The notes below the pieces were generated by a model, which was not told the origin of the DNA, made no database searches, and saw only the letters and a program-made list of their open reading frames with translations. A program made the translations under genes and the position numbers. Below, piece after piece: positions 39,600 through 51,279 of a stretch of 64,000 nt of DNA. The DNA is taken from NCBI RefSeq assembly GCF_004010195.1, contig NC_057758.1, forward strand, positions 3,773,428 through 3,837,427. Reading direction: 5' to 3'. This DNA is from Chiloscyllium plagiosum (taxonomy: Eukaryota). Position 1 is the stretch's first letter; each line of letters begins with the position of its first letter.

Positions 39600-40230
39600 C
39601 AGACCAAACGATGGAGGAGCCAACGTAGGCTGTTCAGCCCATCGACTCTGTTCTGCCATTCACTGAAATTGTGAATGATCTCATCATCCTCAAATCCAAT
39701 TTTTCTCAGACTTCATCGATTCCATTGCGACTTGAAAAAACATCTGTCTATCCGACCTTTGAACATACTGAATTTGTGAAGCTCGACAGCCCTCTTGCGT
39801 AAAGAAGTCCCTGGAGTTTCAACAATCCGATTGAAGAAACTCGGCCTCAACACTGTCTTAAATCGTCGACACTTTGTTCTGAGATGAGGCCCTCTGATCC
39901 TAAACACTGCGACAAGGGCAATCGACCTCACATCAGTTTAACGGTAAAGTCCTTAAAGAGTCGTTCATTCTTCAATAAATTCATTTCGTATTCTTCGAAA
40001 CCGTAATGTGTTCTCATCCAATCTACTGAACCCCTCCTGCGAAGAGAGTACCTCCATAACAGGCATCAGCCCAATGAACTGTCTGTGGTCTGCCTTTCTT
40101 CAGATAAAGTGCTCGAGAACTGTTCACAATATTCCAATGTGCTGACTAGTGTTTTGTTTTTAATTTAGTGAAACATTCTAATTTTTTTTAAAAGCCAATG
40201 CATTTGAAATTAAAGTCCGGCAAACCCATG
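39600..40230 (-). mobile_element. CR1-type 3' fragment
   Basis: RIRGPHLRTKCRRFKTVLRPSFF...FKGRIDR remnant. Confidence 0.65.
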
Positions 40231-41479
40231 CACTTAATAAAACAAATCTGGTGAAGTTTTTGCAAATCCATCTGCTACAGAGATGTTATAACACACCTTT
40301 GGAGCAGGTAGAATTTGAACCCTACATTGCACCACGACATCCCATGATCATTACGTTGTCGCATATCAATCGCACGTCTGAGAAGCCAGGAAATATCTCC
40401 TTGGCGATCAATACTTGCAATAAGAAAGAATGCAAGCGTACAAAGTTTTGGACAGACTGGGAATTACGATTGTTATCTTTCTGTGTGCATTTCTTTTCTT
40501 TTCCAAGATTACACAAAAAGGAAGGAATGAATGTTGATGTGAATGAACACATATGATTTACCCGAACGGCAGCAAAGAGTATAGTAGCTATCGTTGAAAG
40601 CAGTGCTTCCCTCGTTTGCCCACGAGAAGATGTGCAAATCGCTGCAAGTCAGATTAACTGGAGTACTTGCAATTATTGTTGACTTTCACAAACACCAGGT
40701 TTCCCCGCAGTAAAAGCAGTGTCGCCAACATCATCACTGTAGTTGTGAGAGGAAGGATGACAAGACTGAAGCACAGATTCTCATTTTATGGGTTCAAAGA
40801 CTGCGCTAGTGGCTTTCATCACTGACAGAATGATGACTGTCACCTGTTTGAATTCATTTAAAAATTAGAGCACTAACTGATACATGGAGTGAATGGAATG
40901 GAAGCTTACCACTGACTCCTTCAAGTTTACAGTATGTACTGAACAAAGTTATTGGCCTGAGTAATTAATGAGCGGAAGAAGACCAAAATAAATTACCCAT
41001 AGGAATTCAGGAAGACAATAAGGCCATTTAGATTCTCGAACCTGCTCAGCCGCTCGTATAACCATATGTTATCGGTGTGTTAACACCATATTCCTGCCTT
41101 TAATCCATATCCCTTGACACTAATGCTCAATAAAACTGTATATCTCAGATTTAAACGGAACAACTGACTTATTATTCACCCCCATTTGAGTACGAGAATT
41201 CCTGAGGGCCACTACTCTTGGTGTGCAGAAGTGCTTTCTATTATCTCTCCCGAATGACTTCAACCTCATTCTTACAAAATGATGTGGACATATCTTACTG
41301 GACCCAACAAATATTGCCTATTATTATTATTTGCCCTCACCAGAAGGTAGTGGAGAGCTGCCTTCTTCATCTGTTGCAGTCTCTGTGCTGTTGGTTGACC
41401 GACAATACCCTTAGGGAGGGAATTCTTGGATTCGTCCAAGCATATCTTATACTTTTAATTCAACTGTGGAAATAATTAC

Positions 41480-42852
41480 ATCTTACGTCTGTAGTCAGCA
41501 AAGATTTGGAAAGAATTCTGAAGGACAGCATTTATGACTATTTGGCATAGCATATTGTGATTAAAAACAGTCAGCATGGCTTTGTGAGGGTCAGGTCATG
41601 CCTCACAAATATTTTTGAGTTCTTTGAGGAGGTGACGAGACAGGCTGACGAAGGTCGAGCAGTGGATGTGGTGTATCTGGACTTCAGCAAGGCATTTGAT
41701 ACGGTTGCCCGTGATGGGCTCATTCATAAAGTCAGGACGTATGGGATACAGGGAGATGTGGATATCTGGATTCAGAATTGGCAGGATGTCAGAAGGCAGA
41801 GAGTCGTTTTAGCTGGAAGGTATTCTGCCTGGAGGTCAGTGTTGTTTGGCATCCCGCAGGGCTCTTTTCATGGGCCTCTGCTCTTTGTAGCTTTTATAAA
41901 TGACTTGGATGAGGAGGTTGAGGGGAGGGTTAATGAATTTCCAGATGACACAAAGGTTGGAGGTCCCGTTGATAGTATGGAGGGAGATTGCAGGCTGCGG
42001 TAGACAGAATGCAGAGCTGGGCTGTGAAATGGAAGATGGAGTTCAACCTGGATAAATGCAAAGTGATGCATTTTGGAAGGTCGAACTCGAATGCTGAATA
42101 TAGGTGTAAAGACAGGATTCTTGGCTGTGTGGAGGAACAGAGGGATCTGGGTATGCAAGTACAAAGATCCCTCAAAGTAACCACCCAAGTTGATAGGGTT
42201 GTTATGAATGCATATGGTGTTTTGACTTTCATTAACAGGGATATCGAGTTTAAGAATCGCAAGGTTTTGCTGTAACACTACAAGTCCCTGGTGAGACCAC
42301 ACTTGGAATATTGGGTCCAGTTCTGGTCGACCTACTTTATAAAACGATACAGAGGCTGTGGAGAGGGTGCAAATAAGGTTTAGCATGATGCTGCCTGGAC
42401 TGGAGGACTTGTCTTATAAAGAAAGGTTGACTAAGCTCAGACTTTTTTGCTTGGAGAGAAGGAGGAAGAGAAGATACCTGATAGGGGCGTACAAAATAAT
42501 GAGTGGAATAGATAGAGTCAAGAGCTAGAGACTTTTACCCAGGGCAGGATTGACTGGTATGAGGAGTCATAGTTTGAAGATATTAGGAGGAAGGTGTAAA
42601 GGAGATGTCAGAGGAAGATTCTTCACGCAGACAGTTGTGAATGAATGGAATGCTTTGCCAGCTGTGGTTGTGTAAGCAGAATCATTAGGTACATTTAAGC
42701 GACTGCTGGACATGAACATGGATATCAGTGCGGTGAGAGGTCCGTAGGATAAGTTGCTATATTTTACATTAGGACTATACCTCGGCACAACATCGTGGGC
42801 CAAAGAGCCTGTTCTGTACTGTTCTTTTCGATGTTCTATTTTCTATGTTCTA
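41480..42852 (+). mobile_element. CR1/HER1-type LINE RT and 3' end
   Basis: [59 protein letters not shown]; (ttctatg)n-like tail at ~42820-42852. Confidence 0.93.
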
Positions 42853-43254
42853 GTTTACGTTTATCTCCCTTAATTACCCTGTTGACGCCCGGAAGAATTT
42901 GATTAGACCACTTCTTCAACTTCCGGATTCCAAATATGATAAACCGAATATGTCTTATCACTTGTCGAAAATTAAAACGTGATATTCAATTCTTGTACTT
43001 ATGTCCTTGTAATGATCTCCTTCCAGATCATTGTTCTTCTTCCTGAAGTCTTTGGCAGAGTGAATTATTTTAGTTGGGGGTATTCCCAGAGATTTGGAGA
43101 TCTGCTGCTATCCCTCGTATTCTGCAGTTGACTCTGTCAATGGATAATAGAAACAGATCTAGAATCTCAGAATCCCTACTGTGTGGAAGCAGGCGTTTCA
43201 GCCATTGTTTCCAAAGCGACTGTCTGGAGACCATCCCAGCCAAACCCACCACCA

Positions 43255-43468
43255 TACTTTGATCCAGTCACCTCCCATTTACTACGGCCAATCCACATAA
43301 CCTGAATCAGAATAATATTGGAGTGTGTGAAGAAGGCGAATTCCCCAAAGGCAACGCACGCCAATGCAGGGAGAATGTTCAAAAGGCCAGTCACTCATGG
43401 GTGGAATCGAAACAAGTTTGTTGACACTGTGAGGCAGCAGGGTTAGCCACTGAGCAACCGTGCCACTC
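43255..43468 (-). mobile_element. HE1-like V-SINE
   Basis: Minus strand gtggcacggttgctcagtggctaaccctgctgcctcacagtg...tttcgattccaccc (A/B boxes) plus V-domain remnant. Confidence 0.8.
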
Positions 43469-43974
43469 AATAACCTTGCACAGTTTATTGCACAAATATT
43501 TGGGAGAATAACAAAAACTCCACATTAGCAGAACAATGTAAGAAGTAGGAAGTATTGAATATAATTTGGAAATGTACAGCTTGATGAATGTTTGTGAGGG
43601 GCAGATGATGCTTCAAAAAACTTATGGAATTATTTGAGAAAGTGACAAAATACATTGAATAGGGGATCGCAGTTGATGTCGAGATGAATTTTAGCATGGA
43701 GATTGCTAATTCAGAAAGTAATGACACGTGGTCTACAGGGACATCTGGCTACTTGGATACAGTTTTGGCTGTCCCACAGAAGAAATAGAGTGGTAGTAGA
43801 TGGAAGGATAAAATATCGGCACAATATCGAGGTTCGAGGGCCTTTACTGTGCTTTACTGTTCTGTCCTATGCTATCGTTAAATAAAAATGATGCAGGCTT
43901 GATAGCTGAAAAGTATCCTTTCTTGTCTGTTTCTGAAAATACAGGCGCAAAGGTTGTGTTGCCTACTTCTGTCA

Positions 43975-44055
43975 TTTCTCTCTGTCTCTCTCTCTCTCCC
44001 TCTCTCTCTCCCGCTCGCTCTCTCTCTCTCTCGCTCTCTCTCGTTTTCTGTCTCC
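43975..44055. repeat. (CT)n microsatellite
   Basis: Imperfect tc repeats. Confidence 0.85.
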
Positions 44056-44929
44056 CTGTCATTTCATGAGGTAATATCAATCAGACTGGATGAAGCACAT
44101 GCTTACATTCTGCCGGCCATGCTTAATGGGCTGTCAACGTGATACACACAAGATGCAACCAATAACTTTTCCTGACGAGTCATTATTACTGACAGAGGAC
44201 TTCTTGATCTTATAAGCTTGCGAACTGGCTTCGGCCCGGAGATGTGAGGCAGTCAGTGGAGAATGTCGAAGGCACCACTCTTGGCACACAGTGTACTGAT
44301 GCTTGTACGGTCCGTTCCTTCTGACTCATTTTTCGAACCTGCCGAATACGAAAATCAGTATTTTTTCTCCCATTGCACCATTCGTCGGTATATGAGAAGG
44401 TAATTCACTCCCTCCATTCCGACATCACGAAAACTGTTTCAGCACTGAGTCATGTCCAAAATTCATTTCTTCGTTGAAACAGTATTCACTTCCATCAAAT
44501 AAGACCAATGCTTTCCTGATGGATCAGAATGTGTTTCTCAATTTATTCATTAACATTCTTCTAATTGTGTCCATTCCTGTCAGTCATCCGCACATTGATC
44601 ATTGCCATCTGCAGTCCACATCCATCCCCTCTTCTGGGCCATCCCCTTATTTTGACACTCGGCCTTTCAATATCCCAACTCTTAACCCTTCTATCATAAA
44701 TCTGAAGATTGAATCCCACAGTTAGGAGACTTGTTCTGGCACAGAATGCGACCGTTTAGCTCTTGATTTAATACCAATTCAAATGTTGATGGTACCTCGC
44801 AGCATTGAATAATTAGTTATTTGAAATTTATTCTTAAAGGAATCTACTATAAAGAAGTAATTGTTTCTGCAACCGTAGAAGGCATCAATAGGTCTGTCGT
44901 TTGAATATGCTGGACAGTTGTGATCGCCT

Positions 44930-47680
44930 TACTTTAGTTGTTTAGGAGGCAATTCAGAGGAGGTTCAGTCAATTGAGACAAGTATTGAAGATTTTGCTAA
45001 TGAAGAAGATTGAAACAGTTAAAACCTCTCAACTCCCAATAGTTAGAAGAATGGGTAGAGATGAAATCAGAATCTGTAAAATGATATTTACGATTGATAA
45101 AATTGACGTGGAACGGATGATTCTTCAGATACACTTATGAGCAATGTCAAAGCAGTTGGAGCCTCTAATCCGCCAATAGTTAGAAGAATGAGTGGAGATG
45201 TAATCGTAGTTTGCAAAATGTTAAGTACTCTTGATAAAGTCGACATAGAACCGATCGTTCTGCAGATCGGGCAATGCAGAAGGACAGGCACAAGTTTTAG
45301 AATGAAGCGTACAGATTGAAAGCAGAGATGAGAAAAAATACTTTTCACAAAGTGTCGTTAATCTGTGGAACTCAGTGACGCAGAGTGCAGTGGATGTCGC
45401 GACATTAAGTAAATATAAAGAGGATATGAACAGATTTTGAACTGACAACGGGTTGAAGGGAGACTACTGGAATGTGGCGTTGGGCTTGAGGTAAGTTCAG
45501 CAATGATTGCATGAAATTAGCGCATACTTGAGTGTTTGACTACGTTTCTCCTTTTCCTGGTTCTTGTCCTCGCACACAATATAGTTAACGCCGGGGTCGA
45601 TTTTTATAATGAGACACTGACATAATCCCTGCACACTTCCCTCCAGCAGCACGACTGTGTAGCGTCCACAAGGCAGACATGATTCAAAATTTTCTCTGCA
45701 TACTCTATCGAATTGGATCGCCCATGCCAAGTAGTACTCACAGATTTGATCATATTTCTCTGTGTGTATGTTCGAGCAATGCCCGAATTTTAAAAGCATT
45801 TGTTTTCGAATTATTTGAAGGCAGTCTACCATCCCCCTCCCTTTCAGCACTACCAGACGTCCAAATGTCCCATGCCTGTTTCCCACCAATTGCAGCTGGT
45901 TAAGACTCACCGAGTTAGGTAAAACGTTAGCTGCGGAACAATGATGGTGGGATGTTGTAGCAGGGCATTTGGAAGATTACAAAGGCAGTTGGGGTAAAAA
46001 TAACATGGTTTGCTGAAACATCATATTTTTACGAAGCTATTTGAGTTAATTGACAACACGAGTTGTAGACAAAGGGCAACCCTTGGACGTGGTTTACTTA
46101 AATTTTAAGAAGGCTTCATATAAGGTGCTCCACCGCGGAAATAGAATGTGCAATGTGCAAGGGTGGCACAGACAGAAGAATGACGATTCTGGTAGGAAGT
46201 AGACAGGAGTTAATTTGGGACGGGTTCAGCTTTGCAATTCGTGCGGCAGAAGGTTACAGGCTGGAACATTAAATGTTTGCTGTATTTACAAATCGTTCAA
46301 ACACAGAGATGTGCATTACATTTTCCAATTTTGTGGAGCGCAGAAAGATAGCCCGACAGAAAAATCCCTCAATAATCCAGTTCTTCACATGAGTTGAGAA
46401 TTGGGTAAAATAAGTTAAGGAAACGCACTTCGGGGAAAAAAATCACGACAGGAGTGTAGTCGAGACTTCTGGGTCATGACGAGGCTCAAAGGAATAGAGG
46501 TATCTTCGCGTCATTGTCCATATGTTAATGCTACAATTAAGAGCGACCATTTCCTTTATCATTCGCGGCATAGACTTTAAAAGCAGAAGGTTATATTGGA
46601 CCTGCACAGAACTTTAATTTGGGCACAGTTGAAATATTGCTTGTACAATACAGGAAGGATGCACCTGCACTTCTGGAGAACGGGAAGAGAATCTGGCAAG
46701 TTCAATTAAGTCTTGAGTTTCCACACGAGCAATTTCTCCACATCGCCGCCTTAATTCTTCAACCCCTTATTCTCAAACTGTGGCCTCCCGTTCTAGATAC
46801 CGACGACGTCAGGAAACATCAGCTCGATCTTAACTTTGTCTGTCTTTTAGGCAGCTCACACAGACTCACAAAGTCATACAGTTTTGTGAATTTTGTTTTG
46901 TGAATTTAGAAATAAATGCAAAAGGAGGTATTCAATGCTTCAGTATGACAGGGTATCGGTGATACTGCATCTGGAGTGCAGAGAACAAAAATGAATTTCA
47001 AATATGCAGATGACTCGAACCTTGGGAGAAATGGAAACTATGGGGAGGATATTGCAAAGATGGAAAAAGACACTGAAAAATTGTTGGAGTTGGCAGTGAA
47101 GAGGATGACACATTTCCATAGAGGGAAATGTAAGGTGATGCACTTTGTTGGAAGAATACTGAATGGTAAAAATACAATTGGGAGTGGGTGGTGCAGGTGG
47201 TAGAACGTTAAAGAAGGCCAAGCGCAAATGAACATGTATGTATCTGCTCACAGATATTAGACCTTGGCTGGACCGAGGGAGCGAACAGCAAAGAAAGAAT
47301 AAGTTAGGTGGGACTGTTCTTACTGGAGAGAAGACGGCTGAGAGGAGATCGGATGGATGTTTTCAAAATCATGACACAACACTGAACGGAGTACATAGGG
47401 AGAAGGCTTTACCATTTGCAAAAGTAACAAGAACGAGAGGGGCGTACAGTTAACGTGCTGGGCAAATGAAGCAATGCTGAAGAGAGGAAGTTTTGTATTC
47501 ACCCTGCGACTACGAGGGGTCTGGAATGCATGGCCTGGAAGGATAGGCAAGGCTGAAGTTGGGAGATTGTTGGGATGGAAATGGAATGCAGGTTTTGAGG
47601 AAATTGTCCAGAAATGTATATCAGGTGACAGAATAGGACTGTAAACAGCGGGCCAAATAGCATCAGGGTGTGCCCTAAAT
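44930..47680 (+). mobile_element. Several highly degenerate CR1-type fragments (interspersed with unassigned sequence)
   Basis: RRMSGDVIVVCKML, LDVVYLNFKKA, KYADDSNLG and KCKVMHFVG remnants. Confidence 0.55.
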
Positions 47681-47776
47681 AATCTGGGGGATTCCATGAC
47701 ATTGGAATTCGCCCTTCTAACTCAGGCTTACACTGGACCAGAACAGACGTATGTAAGTGTCTTTAATTCCTTGCAG

Positions 47777-47907
47777 GGTATAGAACCGACTGTGAAAAAG
47801 CTGGTGGGATGTGCTCGGTCAATGTGTGCAGAGCACTACAAGTGGAATCTGTCGTGAGGCTGTGCCCATTTGAACAACGCTGTTGTAAGAATCGGGACTT
47901 CATTTGA
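47777..47907 (+). CDS. Terminal coding exon of a beta-defensin-like peptide gene (partial CDS)
   Basis: Acceptor ctttaattccttgcAG (47775-47776); phase 1, uninterrupted frame xGG-YRTDCEKAGGMCSVNVCRALQVESVVRLCPFEQRCCKNRDFI-TGA; C-X6-C-X4-C-X11-C-X5-CC with GGxC. Confidence 0.8.
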
Positions 47908-47976
47908 TGATTGCGTTGACTGCGAAGGTTGTGAGGGGTTTGACTGCTACAATGCGTTGTTCCTTATGAGCTGTAA

Positions 47977-47982
47977 ATTAAA
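47977..47982 (+). promoter_or_regulatory. Candidate polyadenylation signal of the defensin-like gene
   Basis: ATTAAA 70 nt after the stop codon. Confidence 0.45.
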
Positions 47983-48154
47983 CCGGCTGAATTGTTAACC
48001 GCACATTTTCCATGTCCCATGTGTTGCCACATAGTCTTGCCTGGGAAAAGTCAGGATGTCTGGCATAGAGAGAGAGGGAAGCAGAGTCAACATTTCGAGT
48101 CTGGTTGGACTTTTTCTGCAGAGAGAAACGCAACTGTTCTTCCAGGAAGTATGG

Positions 48155-48250
48155 ACAGAGAGAAGAAGAGTGAGCGAGAAAGAGAGAGGGAGAGAGAGAG
48201 AGGGAGAGACAGAGACAGATAGAGACAGGGAAAACACAGAGGGAGAGACA
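48155..48250. repeat. (GA)n-rich microsatellite
   Basis: Imperfect ga/gaca repeats. Confidence 0.85.
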
Positions 48251-48269
48251 TTGTTCAAGAACAGGGAAT

Positions 48270-48790
48270 GAAAAAATATTCGCGAGTGCAGAGGAATGAG
48301 GTTGGAAAGAAATCAGTCATAATCGGGGAATTGATTCAAAGTTACAGAATACTGAGAAACCTGGATAGAGTGGACATGGCGAAGATGTCTCCGTGAATAG
48401 GAAAGGCTGGGATCCGAGCGCACAGCTTGAAAGTAAAAGGACAACCCTCTTGAACTGATTTAAGACAGAATTTCTTCATCTATAGGATGGTGATTCTTGA
48501 AACTCCTTGTCCCAGAAGGCTGTTAAAGCCAGGCCATTAAGTGCATTATAGTCAGGAATAGTTAGGCTCTTGGTTCGTAAGACGATCAAGGGTTATGTGG
48601 CGGGGGAGTGGAAGGTGGACGGCAGAAGCCTGCTGTTGAGAAAGCTATCGGCTTTGATCGAATGGTGGAGCAGATTCAGGGGCAAAATGGTTAAATGCTG
48701 CATCGATGTTTCACAATCTTGTGATTTTGTGGAATGGGATAGCAGGCTTGAATGTCCAAGTCGCCGATACTCGTCCTTATGCCTGTGTTG
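48270..48790 (+). mobile_element. CR1-type 3' fragment
   Basis: GELIQSYRILRNLDRVD...AHSLKVKG...IKGY remnant. Confidence 0.7.
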
Positions 48791-49708
48791 GCGGCTCGTC
48801 AATGCAGATGGAGCTCCACATTTTCAAATGTCAATGCTAATAAAAGGGCGTTAGTCGAGGTTGAACAGCAAGAGATTACCACACTGTCCGAGAGCTCACG
48901 CTGAGAAATGATCTCGCTGTCAGCGGGTTTAAATAGTGGGAGCGCATTTCGATCGGAGTGTCAGTGTAATATGGATGGAATGGAGAGTCAAGCGGAATTA
49001 CAACTCGCTGTGAGCTGATATTACACTGAGCACAGCAATGTCAATTTGTCAGTAATGAAGGAGCAGCAAGCACTCTCCCGTACGGGCTGCACTGATGTCT
49101 GCACTCACTACGACAAAGGGAGATCTGGTGGGGCAATAGACTGTTGCAGACTCAGTCCTGATACAATCCTGCACTAACACATAGTCAATCTAACGTGAGC
49201 GCTAAGTGGAGGCGAGTTGGTCTGGAACAAACATTGCAGGGTCAGAGGCAGGAAATTGGGGGAAGGATTACGCTGCAGAAAGATCTCCAGATATACCAAG
49301 ATGACCACAAGATAGCGAGACTTTGATTCCTGTTGCTATTCTCTACCCTCACCTACCCACTGATAAGTAAATTAACACCTTCATCCATTGAGGCTCTGTG
49401 GACAGAATCCTAACCGGTGTCTCTGATAGTTCCAAACAATTCTCCCCACACGTCTACCGGAAGACTGGGTCTAACCATCCGGAGGGGGTAGCAAACTGGC
49501 ACCCCATTGCGAGGAGATTCCAGTCGTTTGGAGCAATTCCTGGGTCCCAAGAGTTCATTGGACCAAACGTAGACAATGGCAGAGATCTACGCATTGAATG
49601 TATACCCCCCTCTGAGAAAAACTGGGAAGTGAGCAAGCAGTTTTACCACAGGAGAAAAGAACTCTACATCTCGCACAACGCCTCAGCTTTTGAATGCATG
49701 TCATTAAC

Positions 49709-49711
<3 letters not shown>

Positions 49712-49749
<38 letters not shown>

Positions 49750-49760
49750 GCGTGTGTGTG
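49712..49760. repeat. (GT)n microsatellite
   Basis: tgtgtg run. Confidence 0.95.
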
Positions 49761-50049
49761 CCGGTGAACATGTATAATAAAAGTCTGTCCAAACATTTGA
49801 AGATAAGTCAATCAGAAATCCATTTTAATGCACGATGAATTTAGAGACATATAGCTGTTTTTATTCATTCGTGACACATAGGCCTCTCTGGCTGTCCAGC
49901 ATGTATTGCCCACCACTAGTTTCCACATGAACAAGGTGGCTGTGAGTGCTTCCTTGAACAGCTGCTGTCCATGTGCTGGCGGTAGACTCATAGTGCTGTT
50001 TGGGAGGCTGTCAGGAATGAGATCCAGTGACACAGAAAGAAAGGCCTGA

Positions 50050-51225
50050 TTGGATTGGGGCACATTCACTCAGCTAGTCACCACATTGTGGCCTTGTTTC
50101 AAACATGGACAACATAACTGAATTTCAGAGATAAGGGAACTGACAGATTTTGATTTCAAGGTCGCATTCGACCGAGCATGAACAAACCTGGAATAAATAG
50201 TTAGCAAGGGGTAAATACACCAGTGGTTGGGATCATACCCTGAGGATAGGCCAAATGTCGAGGTTATAGGAGGTCAGTAATCTCAGTTCCAGAACATCTC
50301 GACATGTGTTCCTCAGGGTCGTGCCCAAGGCCAAATTATCTTCAGCGATTCAATCATAATTTCATGCGTGTGGATTTTGATGGCGAGTGTCCAATGTTCC
50401 TCATCATTTCCATCCACGTAGTTACGGAAACAGTCAATTCTAAAGTGCACAAGATCGAGACGATGTGTGGGCTAGGCTGACAAGTGACAGGGCGGAAGTG
50501 AGGACTGCTGATGCTGGAGAATATAGTCGAGAATGTGGTTCTTAAATAGCACAACAACATCCGAGGACGACGAAAATCGATGTTGCAAACAAAGCCCTTC
50601 ATCAGGAAGTGCCTTTGTCCGAAACATAGATTTTCCTGGTCCTCGGATGCTGCCTGTCCTGCTGTATTTTTCCAGCACCACATCCACGTCATACAAATGC
50701 TAAGGAGAGACAATATAACAATTGCCCCTTCAAATTCAATGGTGTTACAATCAATGAGTCCCCACTATCAATATCCTGGGGTTTACATTTGACAAGGAAC
50801 TCAACCGGACTTACCACATAAATACATTGGATACAGCAACTGGTCAGAGACTTGGAATTCTGCGGCAATTCTGTGACCAAAGGCGCTACATAATCTAAAA
50901 GACACAGGGCATGAGTTTTGTGGATTACTGCCATCTTGTCTGGATCAGTGCAGCTGCAACAACACTTGAGAAGGCTCGCATCATCCAGGACAAAGCACAC
51001 TGCATGAATGCCATTATATTCCCAACGATCCAATCGTTCCAACGCCCATGCTCAGAAGCAGCACAATGTACTTTATTCAGGACGTATTGACGAAAGTCTG
51101 GAAGGTTCCTTCAGATCGCACTGTCAAAATCCAAGACCATTTTGCACTCGAAGGAAAAGATCAGCAGTTATATGGGAAAGCTTTAGCTGCAAGATTTCCT
51201 CCAAGTCACTCACATACTGACTTCG
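50050..51225 (+). mobile_element. Degenerate CR1-group LINE (second family) RT fragment
   Basis: DFKVAFDR, VPQGRAQGQIIFS and INILGVT-like remnants; interrupted by a PLE insertion at ~50497. Confidence 0.7.
50497..50683. mobile_element. Fold-back Penelope-like insertion inside the LINE
   Basis: aagtgaggactgctgatgctgg...cccttcatcagg followed by the inverted arm tccgaaacatagattttcc...tttccagcaccac. Confidence 0.75.
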
Positions 51226-51279
51226 AACAAATAACAAAAGGAAGTGAAGAACTGGAAGAGGCTCTCAGACTCCAAATCT

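Noticed and set aside
40660..40790. Minus-strand hydrophobic stretch ending VFVKV considered as an immunoglobulin/TCR transmembrane exon
   Set aside because: Lacks the conserved antigen-receptor TM residues, has an upstream in-frame stop, and no Ig domains are visible in the window
43400..43468. tRNA-like A/B boxes
   Set aside because: Head of an HE1-like SINE, not a full cloverleaf tRNA gene
44519..44590. MDQNVFLNLFINILLIVSIP as the defensin leader exon
   Set aside because: The only plausible donor (GTCAGT) is phase 0, incompatible with the phase-1 acceptor
49055..49177. Short Cys-containing ORF MKEQQALSRTGCTDVCTHYDKGRSGGAIDCCRLSPDTILH near the defensin exon, as a possible paralogue
   Set aside because: Only four cysteines, no C1, short C3-C5 spacing and no clear acceptor; compatible with chance
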